A stretch of DNA of 44,056 nt from an uncultured Candidatus Saccharibacteria bacterium (GTDB lineage: Bacteria > Patescibacteriota > Minisyncoccia > Phycocordibacterales > GWA1-40-21). The notes below the pieces were generated by a model. That model had not been told where the DNA came from, ran no database searches, and saw only the letters and a program-made list of their open reading frames with translations. The translations under genes and the position numbers were made by a program. This document shows positions 1 to 9,522 of the stretch, in pieces (the stretch's first letter is position 1; the number at the start of each line of letters is the position of its first letter). The stretch lies in NCBI GenBank assembly GCA_964363425.1, contig CAYIIG010000001.1:1-44056 (forward strand), read 5' to 3'.

Positions 1-300
1 CATGTTTGCGTTAAATGCCAAAAGTGAAGTTGGGGCATTTCGTAATTCAAAGAATATCAAAGCAACTTCTTTTGAAGCGATAATAAATCTTTGTAAAACA
101 TCATCTGGCAATTTCAAAACATCACTTCCATAATGTTCCTTTGGTATGACACAAGTAAAACCTTCCGTGTTTGGATCAATCGAAAGAAAAGCCATAAATT
201 CATCGCTTTCCCAAAATTTCCCCGCCACAAGAATATTACCAGAAACTATCTCGCAGAAAATACATTTGTTGTCTTTAGTTGTTGCACCGTAAATTGCCAT
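1..300 (-). CDS. HIT-family (histidine triad) protein, N-terminal 100 codons; gene runs off the left edge
   Basis: Reverse-strand ATG at 298-300 opens a stop-free frame to position 1: MAIYGATTKDNKCIFCEIVSGNILV...AFLSIDPNTEGFTCVIPKEH. This matches the N-terminal CxFC and LVIPK-type signature of HIT hydrolases. The HxHxH motif would lie outside the window. It is absent from the ORF track because it is truncated. Confidence 0.7.
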   Translation of the reverse strand, partial: MAIYGATTKDNKCIFCEIVSGNILVAGKFWESDEFMAFLSIDPNTEGFTCVIPKEHYGSDVLKLPDDVLQRFIIASKEVALIFFELRNAPTSLLAFNANM

Positions 301-302
301 AA

Positions 303-1115
303 TTATGAAAAAGTAATTGTGTTTTTAAAATGGTCGATATAATAAATTGGTAGATTATATTTCGATAACTTTTCAACAGAGTATTTATTGATTTCATCAA
401 TCGGTATCTGAGAATCATTAAAATTTTTCATTTCGGTTCTACCGAAAATAAATCCCTTTGGCATATTGTCTTTTACAACATAAAGAAGTTGGTCGAGGTA
501 ATATCCAAAATCATCTAAATCTTCACCAATCGCTCCAGTATGGTATTCAATAAACAAATAGCGATTTTTTAAATCTATGTTCAGCAGACTTTGCATAAGT
601 GTAAAAATCAATAGGTGTCCGCCGATTATTTTTTCCTTGGAAATATCTAAATCACTATTTGCAACAGCGAGAGCTTTTGCATTTTCTGAAACAGGAATTC
701 CTGTTTTTAAAAAATCAGCAATGAATTTCCTATCATTTTCGGCTGGAAAAAATTGTTTAATACGAGTAAGTCCTTGTCCATAAAAACAGGTAATTCCTTT
801 TGAAACTGCCATGGTTGAAAAATGAGTAAAGTCACTTAATCCATAAAATCGTTTACCCGATTTTACAATATTGCCCCAGTCAAGTTTATCAAGTGTTTGA
901 ATACATTTATTTCCTCCACGAATTATCCAAACAATTTCAGCATCAGAGATAATTGATTGATTAAATTTTTCAATCATTCCGTCAATTTTTTCTTCACCAG
1001 AGGCAAAATCAAGATACTCGATTTTGTTCTCATTCAAAAATGAAATTGACCCATCTAACGATGAGAGTTTTGCAAAGTCTTCTGTCTTACATAAGTTTGT
1101 GAGTGCGATTTTCAT
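303..1115 (-). CDS. LD-carboxypeptidase (peptidase S66 / LdcA-MccF family)
   Basis: 270-aa ORF with IIRGGNKC and GLSDFTHF (Gly-x-Ser-Asp nucleophile elbow), typical of S66 muropeptide carboxypeptidases. Confidence 0.7.
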   Translation of the reverse strand: MKIALTNLCKTEDFAKLSSLDGSISFLNENKIEYLDFASGEEKIDGMIEKFNQSIISDAEIVWIIRGGNKCIQTLDKLDWGNIVKSGKRFYGLSDFTHFSTMAVSKGITCFYGQGLTRIKQFFPAENDRKFIADFLKTGIPVSENAKALAVANSDLDISKEKIIGGHLLIFTLMQSLLNIDLKNRYLFIEYHTGAIGEDLDDFGYYLDQLLYVVKDNMPKGFIFGRTEMKNFNDSQIPIDEINKYSVEKLSKYNLPIYYIDHFKNTITFS

Positions 1116-1371
1116 AACAATTTCATTTTATCATTTTTAGAGTATTTTTTCCAGTTAATGAATAACCCCACCCATTTCTGCACCCTACTGGTAATTGATT
1201 CACATAATACTTGGAAGTCGTTAAGACCTCAAGTGGCACTAGTTTGTTCTTGAAGGCGCAGTGAACTCTTTTTAACTTGGGAACGAAACATCCAAGTTCA
1301 AAAAAGGTGGTTGCAAAATCACCCTTTTTCTTTTTGTATCCAAGGGGAGCCCTTGGATTTTTAGATAGATT

Positions 1372-1749
1372 TTAAGCTATAAGGAATGAAATAAGCATCA
1401 AAGATGCTCCGACAAGCGCCATATTTTTTAAAAAATGTGTCATTTCCGTCATTCTCGCCATTGGGTCGGAAATCTTCCAATAAGAATGAATCATAAAGGA
1501 AACGGGCAATAAGAAAGCGATTATCAGCATGAGCGAAATTATTGAATATATATTTAAGATTATTCCCACACCTCCAAGAAGAATCAAAAGTCCCGAAAAA
1601 TAAACGGCTAAGCGTGGCATCGGAACATTTTTTGAAGCGGAATATTTTATGAGCATTTTGCCGTTTTTGAAATGGTTGAATCCGCTCATTGCGAAATATC
1701 CACCGAATATAATGCGTCCTATAAGAAAAGTTATTGTTGCTGTTGTCAT
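1372..1749 (-). CDS. DoxX-family small membrane protein
   Basis: Four hydrophobic helices (FLIGRIIFGGYFAMSGFNHF...). I start it at the internal ATG at 1747-1749 (MTTATITF). The longer track ORF to 1929 runs into repeat-element DNA. Confidence 0.55.
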   Translation of the reverse strand: MTTATITFLIGRIIFGGYFAMSGFNHFKNGKMLIKYSASKNVPMPRLAVYFSGLLILLGGVGIILNIYSIISLMLIIAFLLPVSFMIHSYWKISDPMARMTEMTHFLKNMALVGASLMLISFLIA

Positions 1750-1825
1750 AAAATTTAAAAAATTATTTATTAAAGACTGAATATATTTAACTTCAAATAT
1801 ATTAACATAGAATATATGAAATTTT

Positions 1826-2162
1826 AAAATGACAGAAAAAATTATCTGTATTATACTTTGAATTACGAGATGCATCGGTTTGTCATTCCTGCGAATGCCG
1901 TCCACACCAGAGTAGGTGATTGAGCACAATCATTGAGCACAATCAGGTGTCGCCCCTGCTCTCGGCGACCGGGAATCCAGAATCAGCAAGTAATACTCTG
2001 GATATCCGCCCTAAAGGACCGTCGACAGGTGTCTATCACAAACGATAGACCTGCTGTTTACAAATCAATCGTAAGACTCTTGAGTAAACAGGGAGCCTGC
2101 GCGAAACATGTCCTCGCGCTTGACGCGGGGAATGACAGAAAAGAGCGTTTCGTAATTCAAAG
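1826..2162. repeat. MITE-like composite palindromic repeat, largest copy of the TGTCATTCC/GGAATGACA family
   Basis: Terminal inverted repeats: CTTTGAATTACGAGA...TGTCATTCCTGCGAATG at 1856-1900, and CGCGGGGAATGACAGAAAAGAGCGTTTCGTAATTCAAAG at 2124-2162. Internal GGGAATCCAGAA...TCTGGATATCC palindrome. A 13-nt tandem duplication ATTGAGCACAATC x2 sits at 1919-1944. An extra AATGACAGAAAA fragment sits at 1829-1840. Confidence 0.7.
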
Positions 2163-2182
2163 GTATTATAATAAATTTTAAT

Positions 2183-3235
2183 ATGATAATAAATGTTGTT
2201 AAAGTTCTTTTTCCTTCGGCGCTGGCTTTCTTTATCGGTCTTTTGATAACACCGATTCTCGCGAAATATTTTTATAAATACAAAATGTGGAAGAAGTCGT
2301 CGCGAAGCTTATCCAAAACTTCGACTGATTTCGTTAAAATTCATAATGAAAAAGGAGAGTTGAACACCCCAAGAGTCGGCGGAATTATCATCTGGCTCTC
2401 CGTTTTTCTCACTATTTTCGTTATTTATCTCGTGTCGTTATTTTTCCCTTCGTCGCTTACGGAAAAGATGTCTTTCTTGAGCAGGGGACAGACAATTGTT
2501 CCTTTATTCGCTCTTTTGGCGGCTTCGCTTCTCGGGCTGATTGACGATTCTTTTCAGATTATCGGCAAAGGAAGTTATGCTGGAGACGCTATAATTTACA
2601 GAAAAATAAAAATTGCCTCAATTGTGATTATCGGCGCACTCATAGGGTCGTGGTTTTTTTATAAATTGGGTATTTCTTCCGTAGGTATTCCTTTTTTCGG
2701 CGCAATTGACATCGGATTTTTATTCATACCGTTTTTTATAGTGGTAATGCTTGCTGTTTTCTCGAGTAGTGTGGTTGACGGAATTGACGGACTTGCTGGC
2801 GGACTTATGGCGGAAGTATTTGCCGCTTACGCGACGATAGCTTTTTTTAACAATCAAATAGACTTGGCGGCTTTTTGCACCGTGCTTGCTGGAGGCATAT
2901 TGGCATTTCTCTGGTTCAATATTCCGCCGGCAAGATTTTATATGGGAGAAACCGGCATTCTCGGGCTTACCATCACTCTTTCGGTCGTCGCTTTCCTCAC
3001 TGATTCCGTCGCCGTCTTACCTATCATCGCCTTTCCTCTCGTCGCGACATCAGGTTCGGTCATTATCCAAATGCTTTCCAAAAAATTTCGCAATGGGAAA
3101 AAGGTGTTTATCGTCGCGCCCATTCATCACCACTTTGAAGCGATGGGTTGGCCGTCTTACAAGGTGACGATGAGATTTTGGGTAATCGGGGTCGTGTTCG
3201 CGATACTTGGGGTAATTTTGGCGCTTGTCGGTTGA
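2183..3235 (+). CDS. mraY: Phospho-N-acetylmuramoyl-pentapeptide transferase
   Basis: 350-aa polytopic membrane protein with VVDGIDGLAGG and APIHHHFE motifs; sits next to ftsW and murG. Confidence 0.95.
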   Translation: MIINVVKVLFPSALAFFIGLLITPILAKYFYKYKMWKKSSRSLSKTSTDFVKIHNEKGELNTPRVGGIIIWLSVFLTIFVIYLVSLFFPSSLTEKMSFLSRGQTIVPLFALLAASLLGLIDDSFQIIGKGSYAGDAIIYRKIKIASIVIIGALIGSWFFYKLGISSVGIPFFGAIDIGFLFIPFFIVVMLAVFSSSVVDGIDGLAGGLMAEVFAAYATIAFFNNQIDLAAFCTVLAGGILAFLWFNIPPARFYMGETGILGLTITLSVVAFLTDSVAVLPIIAFPLVATSGSVIIQMLSKKFRNGKKVFIVAPIHHHFEAMGWPSYKVTMRFWVIGVVFAILGVILALVG

Positions 3236-3245
3236 AAATTTTTAA

Positions 3246-4346
3246 ATGAAAAATAAAAAAGTCGATAAAATGTTTTTGGTCGTTGTGATTTTTCTTGTCA
3301 TCGTCGGCTTTTCCATTTTCGCTTCGGCGTCAATCAGTCTTTTGGCGAAAGACGGGGCGAAGTTTTCAAGTGTCGCTTTCAAACAGTCCTTTTTCGGTCT
3401 GTTTTTAGGGTCTATCGCGTGTTTTACGCTGTCAAAAATTCATTATCGAATTTGGAGAAAATACGCCCTCTATATATTTATAGCAAGTATAGCTCTTGCT
3501 CTTCTGGTGTTTGTTCCAAAGTTTAGCTTTGCTCACGGCGGAGCGCGAAGATGGTTGTCCATAGGGGGAATATCTTTTCAACCGGCTGAATTTTTGAAAC
3601 TGGCTTTTATAATTTATTTTTCAGCATGGCTGTCGGGCGTGAAAGAAAAAACGGCAACATTCAAATACGGCCTTTTTCCGTTTCTTGTTCTTTTGTCAAT
3701 TATTGGCGGAATATTCTTGACGCAACGAGATACAGATGGTCTTGTGGTCGCGGTTCTTGCCGGTTTGGGGATCTTCATTGCGGCGGGTGGAAAATGGAGG
3801 CATTCGCTTATATTGATTTTGATATTATTTTCTGCCGTAGCGGTAACAGCATATTCAAAACCTTATGTGATGAAAAGATTCACTACTTTTTTCAATCCGT
3901 CATTGGATTCGCAAGGCACAGGGTGGCAAATTCAACAGTCTTTGAATGCCATCGGCTCGGGTCAAATGTTCGGCAGAGGCTTTGGGCAAAGCATACAGAA
4001 ATTTAAGTTTTTGCCGGAATCAATCGGTGACTCTATATTTGCCGTGGCGGCGGAAGAATTCGGCTTTGTCGGAAGTGTCGTCATAATTTTTGCTTTTGTA
4101 TTTTTCGCCTATAGAGGTTTGAAAATATCCGCAAAATCCCCGGACGCGTTCGGTGGACTTTTAGTCGCCGGAATTGTTATACTTGTCGTGTCGCAGTCAT
4201 TTATAAATATAGCTTCAATGCTCGGAACGATACCGCTATCCGGCTTGCCTCTTATATTTTTCAGTCAAGGTGGAACTTCTATGTTTTTGACGATGGCGGA
4301 GATGGGGATAATTTTGAATGTATCCAGGTATCGCAAGTTGGCTTAA
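3246..4346 (+). CDS. ftsW: SEDS-family peptidoglycan glycosyltransferase (FtsW/RodA), FtsW by context
   Basis: 366 aa with FQPAEFLKL, PESIGDSIFAVAAEEFGF and LPLIFFSQGGTS motifs; lies between mraY and murG. Confidence 0.85.
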   Translation: MKNKKVDKMFLVVVIFLVIVGFSIFASASISLLAKDGAKFSSVAFKQSFFGLFLGSIACFTLSKIHYRIWRKYALYIFIASIALALLVFVPKFSFAHGGARRWLSIGGISFQPAEFLKLAFIIYFSAWLSGVKEKTATFKYGLFPFLVLLSIIGGIFLTQRDTDGLVVAVLAGLGIFIAAGGKWRHSLILILILFSAVAVTAYSKPYVMKRFTTFFNPSLDSQGTGWQIQQSLNAIGSGQMFGRGFGQSIQKFKFLPESIGDSIFAVAAEEFGFVGSVVIIFAFVFFAYRGLKISAKSPDAFGGLLVAGIVILVVSQSFINIASMLGTIPLSGLPLIFFSQGGTSMFLTMAEMGIILNVSRYRKLA

Positions 4347-4400
4347 AATACATTAAACTAATTTAAAAATAACAAAAAATTCCGCATTTAATTAGGGTGA

Positions 4401-4435
4401 GATTGGTCCAAGCGAACGCGAGGAATGACAGAAAG
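4401..4435. repeat. Solo half-copy of the palindromic repeat family
   Basis: GCGAACGCGAGGAATGACAGAAAG matches the right arms of the copies at 2124-2143 and 17296-17320. No left arm is present. Confidence 0.5.
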
Positions 4436-4468
4436 ATTGTTAATCTAAATTTAATCTTCTTATAAAAT

Positions 4469-5596
4469 ATGAAAATATTATTCACAGGAGGGGGTTCGGG
4501 CGGACATTTTTATCCGATAATCGCGGTAGCGGAAGAGGTTAATCGTATTATAAAAGAAGAGAAGCTCATAGCGCCTCAGCTTTTTTTCATTTCCGATTCG
4601 CCTTACGATGGGAGAGCTCTCGCCGAAAACAATATCGAATTTGTCAAAAATAGCGCCGGCAAGATGAGGAAATATTTTTCTGTTTTAAATCTTGTTGACC
4701 TGTTTAAAACTCTAGTCGGAATTATTTCCGCTATTTTGAAAATTTATCAAATATATCCCGATGTCATTTTCAGCAAAGGAGCATACGCAAGTTTTCCTGC
4801 GCTTGTCGCGGGAAGACTTTTGCGAATTCCCATCGTCATTCACGAATCTGATAGCGCCCCAGGCAGAGTCAACAAATGGTCGGGTAAATTCGCTGAAAAA
4901 ATCGCATTGTCGTACCCGGATGCCGGCGGTTTTTTTGATCCAAAAAAGACGGCTTTCGTCGGAAATCCGGTAAGAAAAGAAATTATGATTCCCATTACTA
5001 CAGGAGCGCGGGAATTTTTGAAACTTGAACCCGACCTGCCCGTCATTCTTATAATGGGAGGTTCTCTCGGCGCCAAAACAATAAACGATGTCGTGTATGA
5101 CGCTTTGCCCGCTTTGGTTGAAAATTATCAAATAATCCACCAGACGGGAAAAAATAATATCAAGGAAGCGACGCAAATGGCGGAGATTGTCCTTGCGGGC
5201 AATCCGAAGAAAAGCAGGTATAAACCATTTGATTATCTGAATAATTTGGCAATAGGTATGTCTGCCGGGGTGGCGGAAATTGTCGTATCAAGGGCGGGGT
5301 CGGCGATTTTTGAAATTGCGATATGGGGAATTCCTTCAATAATTATTCCCATCACGAATTCGATATCTGATCACCAAAGAAAGAACGCTTACAGCTACGC
5401 GAGAAGCGGGGCGGCGATTGTTATCGAAGAATCCAATCTCAATTCTCACATTTTGGTTTCTGAAATCAACAGAATCACCAGCAACAAAAACGAAATGGAC
5501 AGAATGCGAAAAAGCGCCAAAGGATTTTCCAAAGCCGACGCGGCGGAAAAGATAGCTCGAGAAATAATTCACATAGCGATGAAACACGAAAAATAA
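4469..5596 (+). CDS. murG: UDP-N-acetylglucosamine--N-acetylmuramyl-(pentapeptide) pyrophosphoryl-undecaprenol GlcNAc transferase
   Basis: 375 aa; N-terminal GGGSGGHFYP glycine loop, GT28 architecture, dcw-cluster context. Confidence 0.95.
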   Translation: MKILFTGGGSGGHFYPIIAVAEEVNRIIKEEKLIAPQLFFISDSPYDGRALAENNIEFVKNSAGKMRKYFSVLNLVDLFKTLVGIISAILKIYQIYPDVIFSKGAYASFPALVAGRLLRIPIVIHESDSAPGRVNKWSGKFAEKIALSYPDAGGFFDPKKTAFVGNPVRKEIMIPITTGAREFLKLEPDLPVILIMGGSLGAKTINDVVYDALPALVENYQIIHQTGKNNIKEATQMAEIVLAGNPKKSRYKPFDYLNNLAIGMSAGVAEIVVSRAGSAIFEIAIWGIPSIIIPITNSISDHQRKNAYSYARSGAAIVIEESNLNSHILVSEINRITSNKNEMDRMRKSAKGFSKADAAEKIAREIIHIAMKHEK

Positions 5597-5597
5597 A

Positions 5598-6947
5598 ATG
5601 AATAATAATGTAAACAAAACCGTCGTTCGTTTTGCGCCAAGCCCGACAGGGTTTCTCCACTTGGGTAGCGCTCGAACTGCCATTTTCAATTACCTTTTTG
5701 TGAAGCAAAACAAAGGCAAATTCATCCTGAGGATTGAAGACACCGACAAGGAGCGGTCTAAAAAAGAATACGAAGATGACATCGTGAATAGTCTGAATTG
5801 GCTGGGAATAAAATTCGATGAATCGTTCAAGCAATCTGAAAGGGGAGCTATCTACAAAAAATATCTCAATAAATTGATAGACGAAGGCAAAGCGTATGTT
5901 TCCAAAGAATCAGGCGTTCTCGAAGCCGGAGCGCGAAATGAAGTCATAAGATTCAAGAATCCTAACAAGAAAGTCATATTTAACGATATGATAAGAGGAG
6001 AGATAGAATTCGACACGACCGAACTTAAAGATTTTGTCATCGCTAAAAGTCTTGAAGAACCTTTGTTCCATCTCGCCGTCGTTGTCGATGACTTTGAAAT
6101 GGGAGTCACTCACATCATAAGAGGCGAAGACCATATTTCCAACACTCCGCGACAGATCTTAATTCAAGAAGCGATCGGGGCGCCTAAGCCGAATTACGCT
6201 CACATACCTTTGATTCTCGACAAAGATCGTTCCAAACTTTCAAAAAGAAAACATGGAGAAAGAGTTTCCCTTTCTCATTATGAAAAAAAAGGTTATTTAC
6301 CTATTGCAATGGTGAATTACCTCTCACTTCTTGGATGGAATCCGGGAACTCCGCAGGAAATTTTTACGATGGAAGAATTGATTGGACAGTTTGACATCGG
6401 CAAAATTCAAAAAGGAGGCGCGATTTTCAACGAAGACAAGCTAAAGTGGGTGAACAAAGAGCATATGAAAATGTTGCCTGCGGATAAAATAGCGGATGAA
6501 TTTCAGAAAATAATCAGTCGTCATTATTCGGCGGAAATATCATTTGTTAAAAAGCTTTTGCCGGCAATCCAAGACAGGATAAGCTCGTTTGGAGATGTTG
6601 AGGATATGATCAAGGCGGAAGAATTGGGCTATTTTTTCAATAAACCGGATTATGAATCCGTCTCTCTTAAATGGAAAGGGGATACTGACATTGAAGTCTC
6701 GAGAACGCATTTGAATTATATTTTGTCCGCGCTGGAATCTATTCCCGAAGATTTATTCACTATTGACAATCTCAGGAGCGTATTATTTGGTTATGCCGAA
6801 GAAAAAGGGAAGGGAAGCGTCCTTTGGCCACTCCGATTCGCTCTTTCCGGAAAAGACAGATCACCTAACCCCTTTGCTCTTATGAGCATATTGGGTAAAA
6901 AAGAAACTATGGATAGGGTAAAAATCGCTTTGCAAAAAATGCAATGA
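5598..6947 (+). CDS. gltX: Glutamyl-tRNA synthetase
   Basis: 449 aa; class I motifs PSPTGFLHLGSARTA (HIGH-like) and KLSKRK (KMSKS). Confidence 0.95.
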   Translation: MNNNVNKTVVRFAPSPTGFLHLGSARTAIFNYLFVKQNKGKFILRIEDTDKERSKKEYEDDIVNSLNWLGIKFDESFKQSERGAIYKKYLNKLIDEGKAYVSKESGVLEAGARNEVIRFKNPNKKVIFNDMIRGEIEFDTTELKDFVIAKSLEEPLFHLAVVVDDFEMGVTHIIRGEDHISNTPRQILIQEAIGAPKPNYAHIPLILDKDRSKLSKRKHGERVSLSHYEKKGYLPIAMVNYLSLLGWNPGTPQEIFTMEELIGQFDIGKIQKGGAIFNEDKLKWVNKEHMKMLPADKIADEFQKIISRHYSAEISFVKKLLPAIQDRISSFGDVEDMIKAEELGYFFNKPDYESVSLKWKGDTDIEVSRTHLNYILSALESIPEDLFTIDNLRSVLFGYAEEKGKGSVLWPLRFALSGKDRSPNPFALMSILGKKETMDRVKIALQKMQ

Positions 6948-8236
6948 AAGTAAAACAGGCATTATCTTTAAAAACTATTTTATCGGTTGCTGTGTTATTT
7001 GTTATGCTTTTTGTCTTCATGATAAAATCGTCAGAAGCCTCGACTGTTAATGAATTAAAAACGAAGATAGAGGATGGGAAAAGCAAATTAAGAGAGATTG
7101 ATAAGGAAATTGCCGAATTGGAACAAAAATCAATTGAAGTTGGGAAAAATACGCAAAGTTTAAAAAACGCCCTAAGCAAGCTGGATGTAGATAAAAATAA
7201 AATTGAAGCTGACATAAAAGCCACTGAAAACAGAATAAATATAACCAGTTTGAGCATAGAAAAGCTCGGAATGGAAATAATCGATGCGCAGAGGAGAATA
7301 CAAACAAACACCGACGCCATATCGTCGGCTTTCAGAAAAATAGATGCGGCGGAAGGAACGACTTTCATTGAAACAATTCTCACTTATAATAATGTTTCCG
7401 CCCTTTGGGACGAAGTGGAAACCATGCTCAGATTTCAAATCGGTGTCAAAAAGAATACGGGCGAATTGAAAATTCTCAGAAATGATCTTCAAAACAAAAA
7501 GACCGAAAAAGAGAAAAACAAAAAAGAGTTGCTAAATATCAAATCCGAGCTTAATGATCAAAATGAGCTTATCGAATTCAATAAAGAAGAAAAATCTCAG
7601 CTTTTATCAGTGACAAAAAGCAAGGAATCCAATTACAAAAAAATCTTAGCTGAAAAAAAGTCGCTAAGTGACGCTTTCGAAAAGGAGTTACTTGATTTTG
7701 AATCGCAACTTAAAATCGCGATTGATCCGAAAAGCATTCCGTCCGTGGGCGCCGGCATTTTATTTTGGCCTCTTGATAAAATTTTTATTACTCAAGAATT
7801 TGGCAATACGGAATTTGCGATGAGAACGAATGCGTATAAAGGCAAGGGGCACAACGGAGTTGATTTTCAAGCGGCGCCGGGAACTAAAGTCAAGGCGGCG
7901 CTGAATGGGGTGGTTGTCGGCGCAGGCGACACGGATAAAGTTTGCAAGGGAGCATCTTTTGGCAAGTGGGTGCTTTTAAGGCACAACAATGGATTATCCA
8001 CTCTTTATGCTCATCTTTCTCTTATAAAAACTTTTGAAGGCGAGACTGTCAAAACAGGCGATGTTATAGGGTATTCTGGAAACACAGGATATTCCACAGG
8101 ACCGCATCTTCATTTTACGGTATACGCCACCCAAGGTGTCAAAGTAATGGACAAGCAGAGCTCTGTCTGCAAGGGTGTTTATCGCATGCCTTTTGCCGAT
8201 CTTAGAGCTTACCTTAATCCGATGCTGTATCTTTAG
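6944..8236 (+). CDS. M23-family peptidoglycan endopeptidase with N-terminal coiled coil (EnvC-like architecture)
   Basis: 430 aa; signal/TM segment, long Lys/Glu-rich coiled coil, C-terminal HNGVDF and GNTGYSTGPHLHF LytM motifs. Shares a 4-nt ATGA overlap with gltX. Confidence 0.9.
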   Translation: MKVKQALSLKTILSVAVLFVMLFVFMIKSSEASTVNELKTKIEDGKSKLREIDKEIAELEQKSIEVGKNTQSLKNALSKLDVDKNKIEADIKATENRINITSLSIEKLGMEIIDAQRRIQTNTDAISSAFRKIDAAEGTTFIETILTYNNVSALWDEVETMLRFQIGVKKNTGELKILRNDLQNKKTEKEKNKKELLNIKSELNDQNELIEFNKEEKSQLLSVTKSKESNYKKILAEKKSLSDAFEKELLDFESQLKIAIDPKSIPSVGAGILFWPLDKIFITQEFGNTEFAMRTNAYKGKGHNGVDFQAAPGTKVKAALNGVVVGAGDTDKVCKGASFGKWVLLRHNNGLSTLYAHLSLIKTFEGETVKTGDVIGYSGNTGYSTGPHLHFTVYATQGVKVMDKQSSVCKGVYRMPFADLRAYLNPMLYL

Positions 8237-8273
8237 GATTTTTAAAAACGCATTATGATATAATTATTCTCAA

Positions 8274-8552
8274 ATGACTTATTTCAAAAAAAACAAAAGT
8301 GGCGGATTCATCAAGACGATATTTATCGTGATTGTGGCGATAATAATAATCAGCTTTTTCGTCGATCTTAAGTCTTTGTCTACGCCAAAGTATCTGCAAG
8401 ACAATTATCGATACTTAAAAACCCTGCTAGTGTCATTGTGGACAAATTACATCTCAAACGCGGCGTATTATATTTGGAATAAGATATTCGTAGGGTATAT
8501 TTACAAAGACTTGTTTATCAATTTCATCTTACCTAAGATTCACTCAAAGTAA
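8274..8552 (+). CDS. Small hypothetical membrane protein
   Basis: 92-aa ORF with one clear TM helix (IFIVIVAIIIISFF), followed by a hairpin at 8589-8624. Confidence 0.45.
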   Translation: MTYFKKNKSGGFIKTIFIVIVAIIIISFFVDLKSLSTPKYLQDNYRYLKTLLVSLWTNYISNAAYYIWNKIFVGYIYKDLFINFILPKIHSK

Positions 8553-8588
8553 TTTTATTTGCAGTAACAGGGAATATGTTAAAATTAC

Positions 8589-8624
8589 CACAGTGTCGCA
8601 AAAGATATATTGTGCGACACTGTG
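8589..8624 (+). terminator. Stem-loop downstream of the 92-aa ORF
   Basis: CACAGTGTCGCA / TGCGACACTGTG forms a 12-bp perfect stem with a 12-nt loop. Confidence 0.45.
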
Positions 8625-8778
8625 TCGGTAAACAATATAGTGTCTTCAATCGCCTATAAAATCAATTCCCCACTCTCAAATTACCATCTTAATAATTCTT
8701 AATACCAAAAAATCCATTTTTTCAAAAAAAATATGTTATAATGTTTTTAAATATCAATTAAATTTAAATTATAAAAAT

Positions 8779-9498
8779 ATGGAAGAACAAAAAAGAAACA
8801 ATCTTACGATTCCCCTGGCGATAGTTGTCGCTGGAGCTTTGATTGCGGGAGCTTTATTTTTGACAACCAAGAAATCACCAGACGCGGTAAAAACAGCTGA
8901 CACGAAAAGCGATAAAAATGAAATCACAATAGAGCCAGTTAGCGCCGAAGATCATATTCTCGGAAATCCGAAAGCGCCGATAATGATCGTGGAATTTTCC
9001 GACACCGAATGCCCTTTCTGCAAAAATTTTCATCAAACAATGCATAAAGTCATAGATACTTACGGAAAGACTGGGAAAGTGGCTTGGGTTTATAGGCATT
9101 TTCCTATAGACGGACTTCATTCCAAAGCCAGAAAAGAATCTGAAGCGACAGAATGCGCGGCGGAGCTTGGTGGTAATGACGGCTTTTGGAAATATCTTGA
9201 TAGTTTATACAAAAAAACTCCATCAAACAATGACTTGGATATGTCGCTTCTGCCTTTAATCGCGGAAGAGATTGGCTTGAACAAAACAGACTTTGAAAAA
9301 TGCTTGGGTAGCGGAAAATACGCTGACAAAATCGAAAGAAGCGTTCAGGACGCGACAACGGCGGGAGGACAAGGGACGCCTTACACTGTCATCATTACCA
9401 AATACGAAAAAATACCTATCAGCGAAGGCGCGATTCCGTTCAGTGGCGGACCTGTAAATATGAAGATTATAATTGATGATCTTATAAGTAAGAATTAA
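8779..9498 (+). CDS. DsbA-family thiol:disulfide oxidoreductase (thioredoxin fold), membrane-anchored
   Basis: 239 aa; N-terminal TM, CPFC active site in FSDTECPFCKNFH, typical DsbA helical insertion. Confidence 0.8.
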   Translation: MEEQKRNNLTIPLAIVVAGALIAGALFLTTKKSPDAVKTADTKSDKNEITIEPVSAEDHILGNPKAPIMIVEFSDTECPFCKNFHQTMHKVIDTYGKTGKVAWVYRHFPIDGLHSKARKESEATECAAELGGNDGFWKYLDSLYKKTPSNNDLDMSLLPLIAEEIGLNKTDFEKCLGSGKYADKIERSVQDATTAGGQGTPYTVIITKYEKIPISEGAIPFSGGPVNMKIIIDDLISKN

Positions 9499-9522
9499 TT
9501 TTGATCGCAAAACTTTTTTATT

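Noticed and set aside
37-55. A 15-17 nt match of the repeat-family terminus (TTCTTTGAATTACGAAA) inside the HIT gene
   Set aside because: The surrounding translation (IFFELRNAPTSLLAFNANM) still aligns plausibly with the region of HIT proteins preceding the HxHxH motif. No other repeat modules follow within the window. I cannot distinguish chance from an insertion that lies beyond the left edge.
1338-1362. Plus-strand intrinsic terminator (ATCCAAGGG-gag-CCCTTGGAT followed by a T run of about four nt), considered as evidence for a plus-strand small RNA in the ldcA-doxX spacer
   Set aside because: The hairpin also lies immediately downstream of minus-strand doxX, next to a second bidirectional hairpin (1303-1330). 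No promoter or conserved structure for a plus-strand RNA could be argued from sequence alone.
1750-1929. N-terminal 60-codon extension of the DoxX ORF
   Set aside because: The extension runs into repeat-element DNA (GTCATTCC arm, AATGACAGAAAA fragment). The conserved DoxX helices start at the internal ATG 1749.
1933-2181. 82-aa plus-strand ORF (MSTIRCRPCSRRPGIQNQ...LDAGNDRK) upstream of mraY
   Set aside because: It lies wholly inside the palindromic repeat element. Its peptide is the typical translation artefact of this repeat family (PGIQ, AGND). It uses a TTG start with no RBS.
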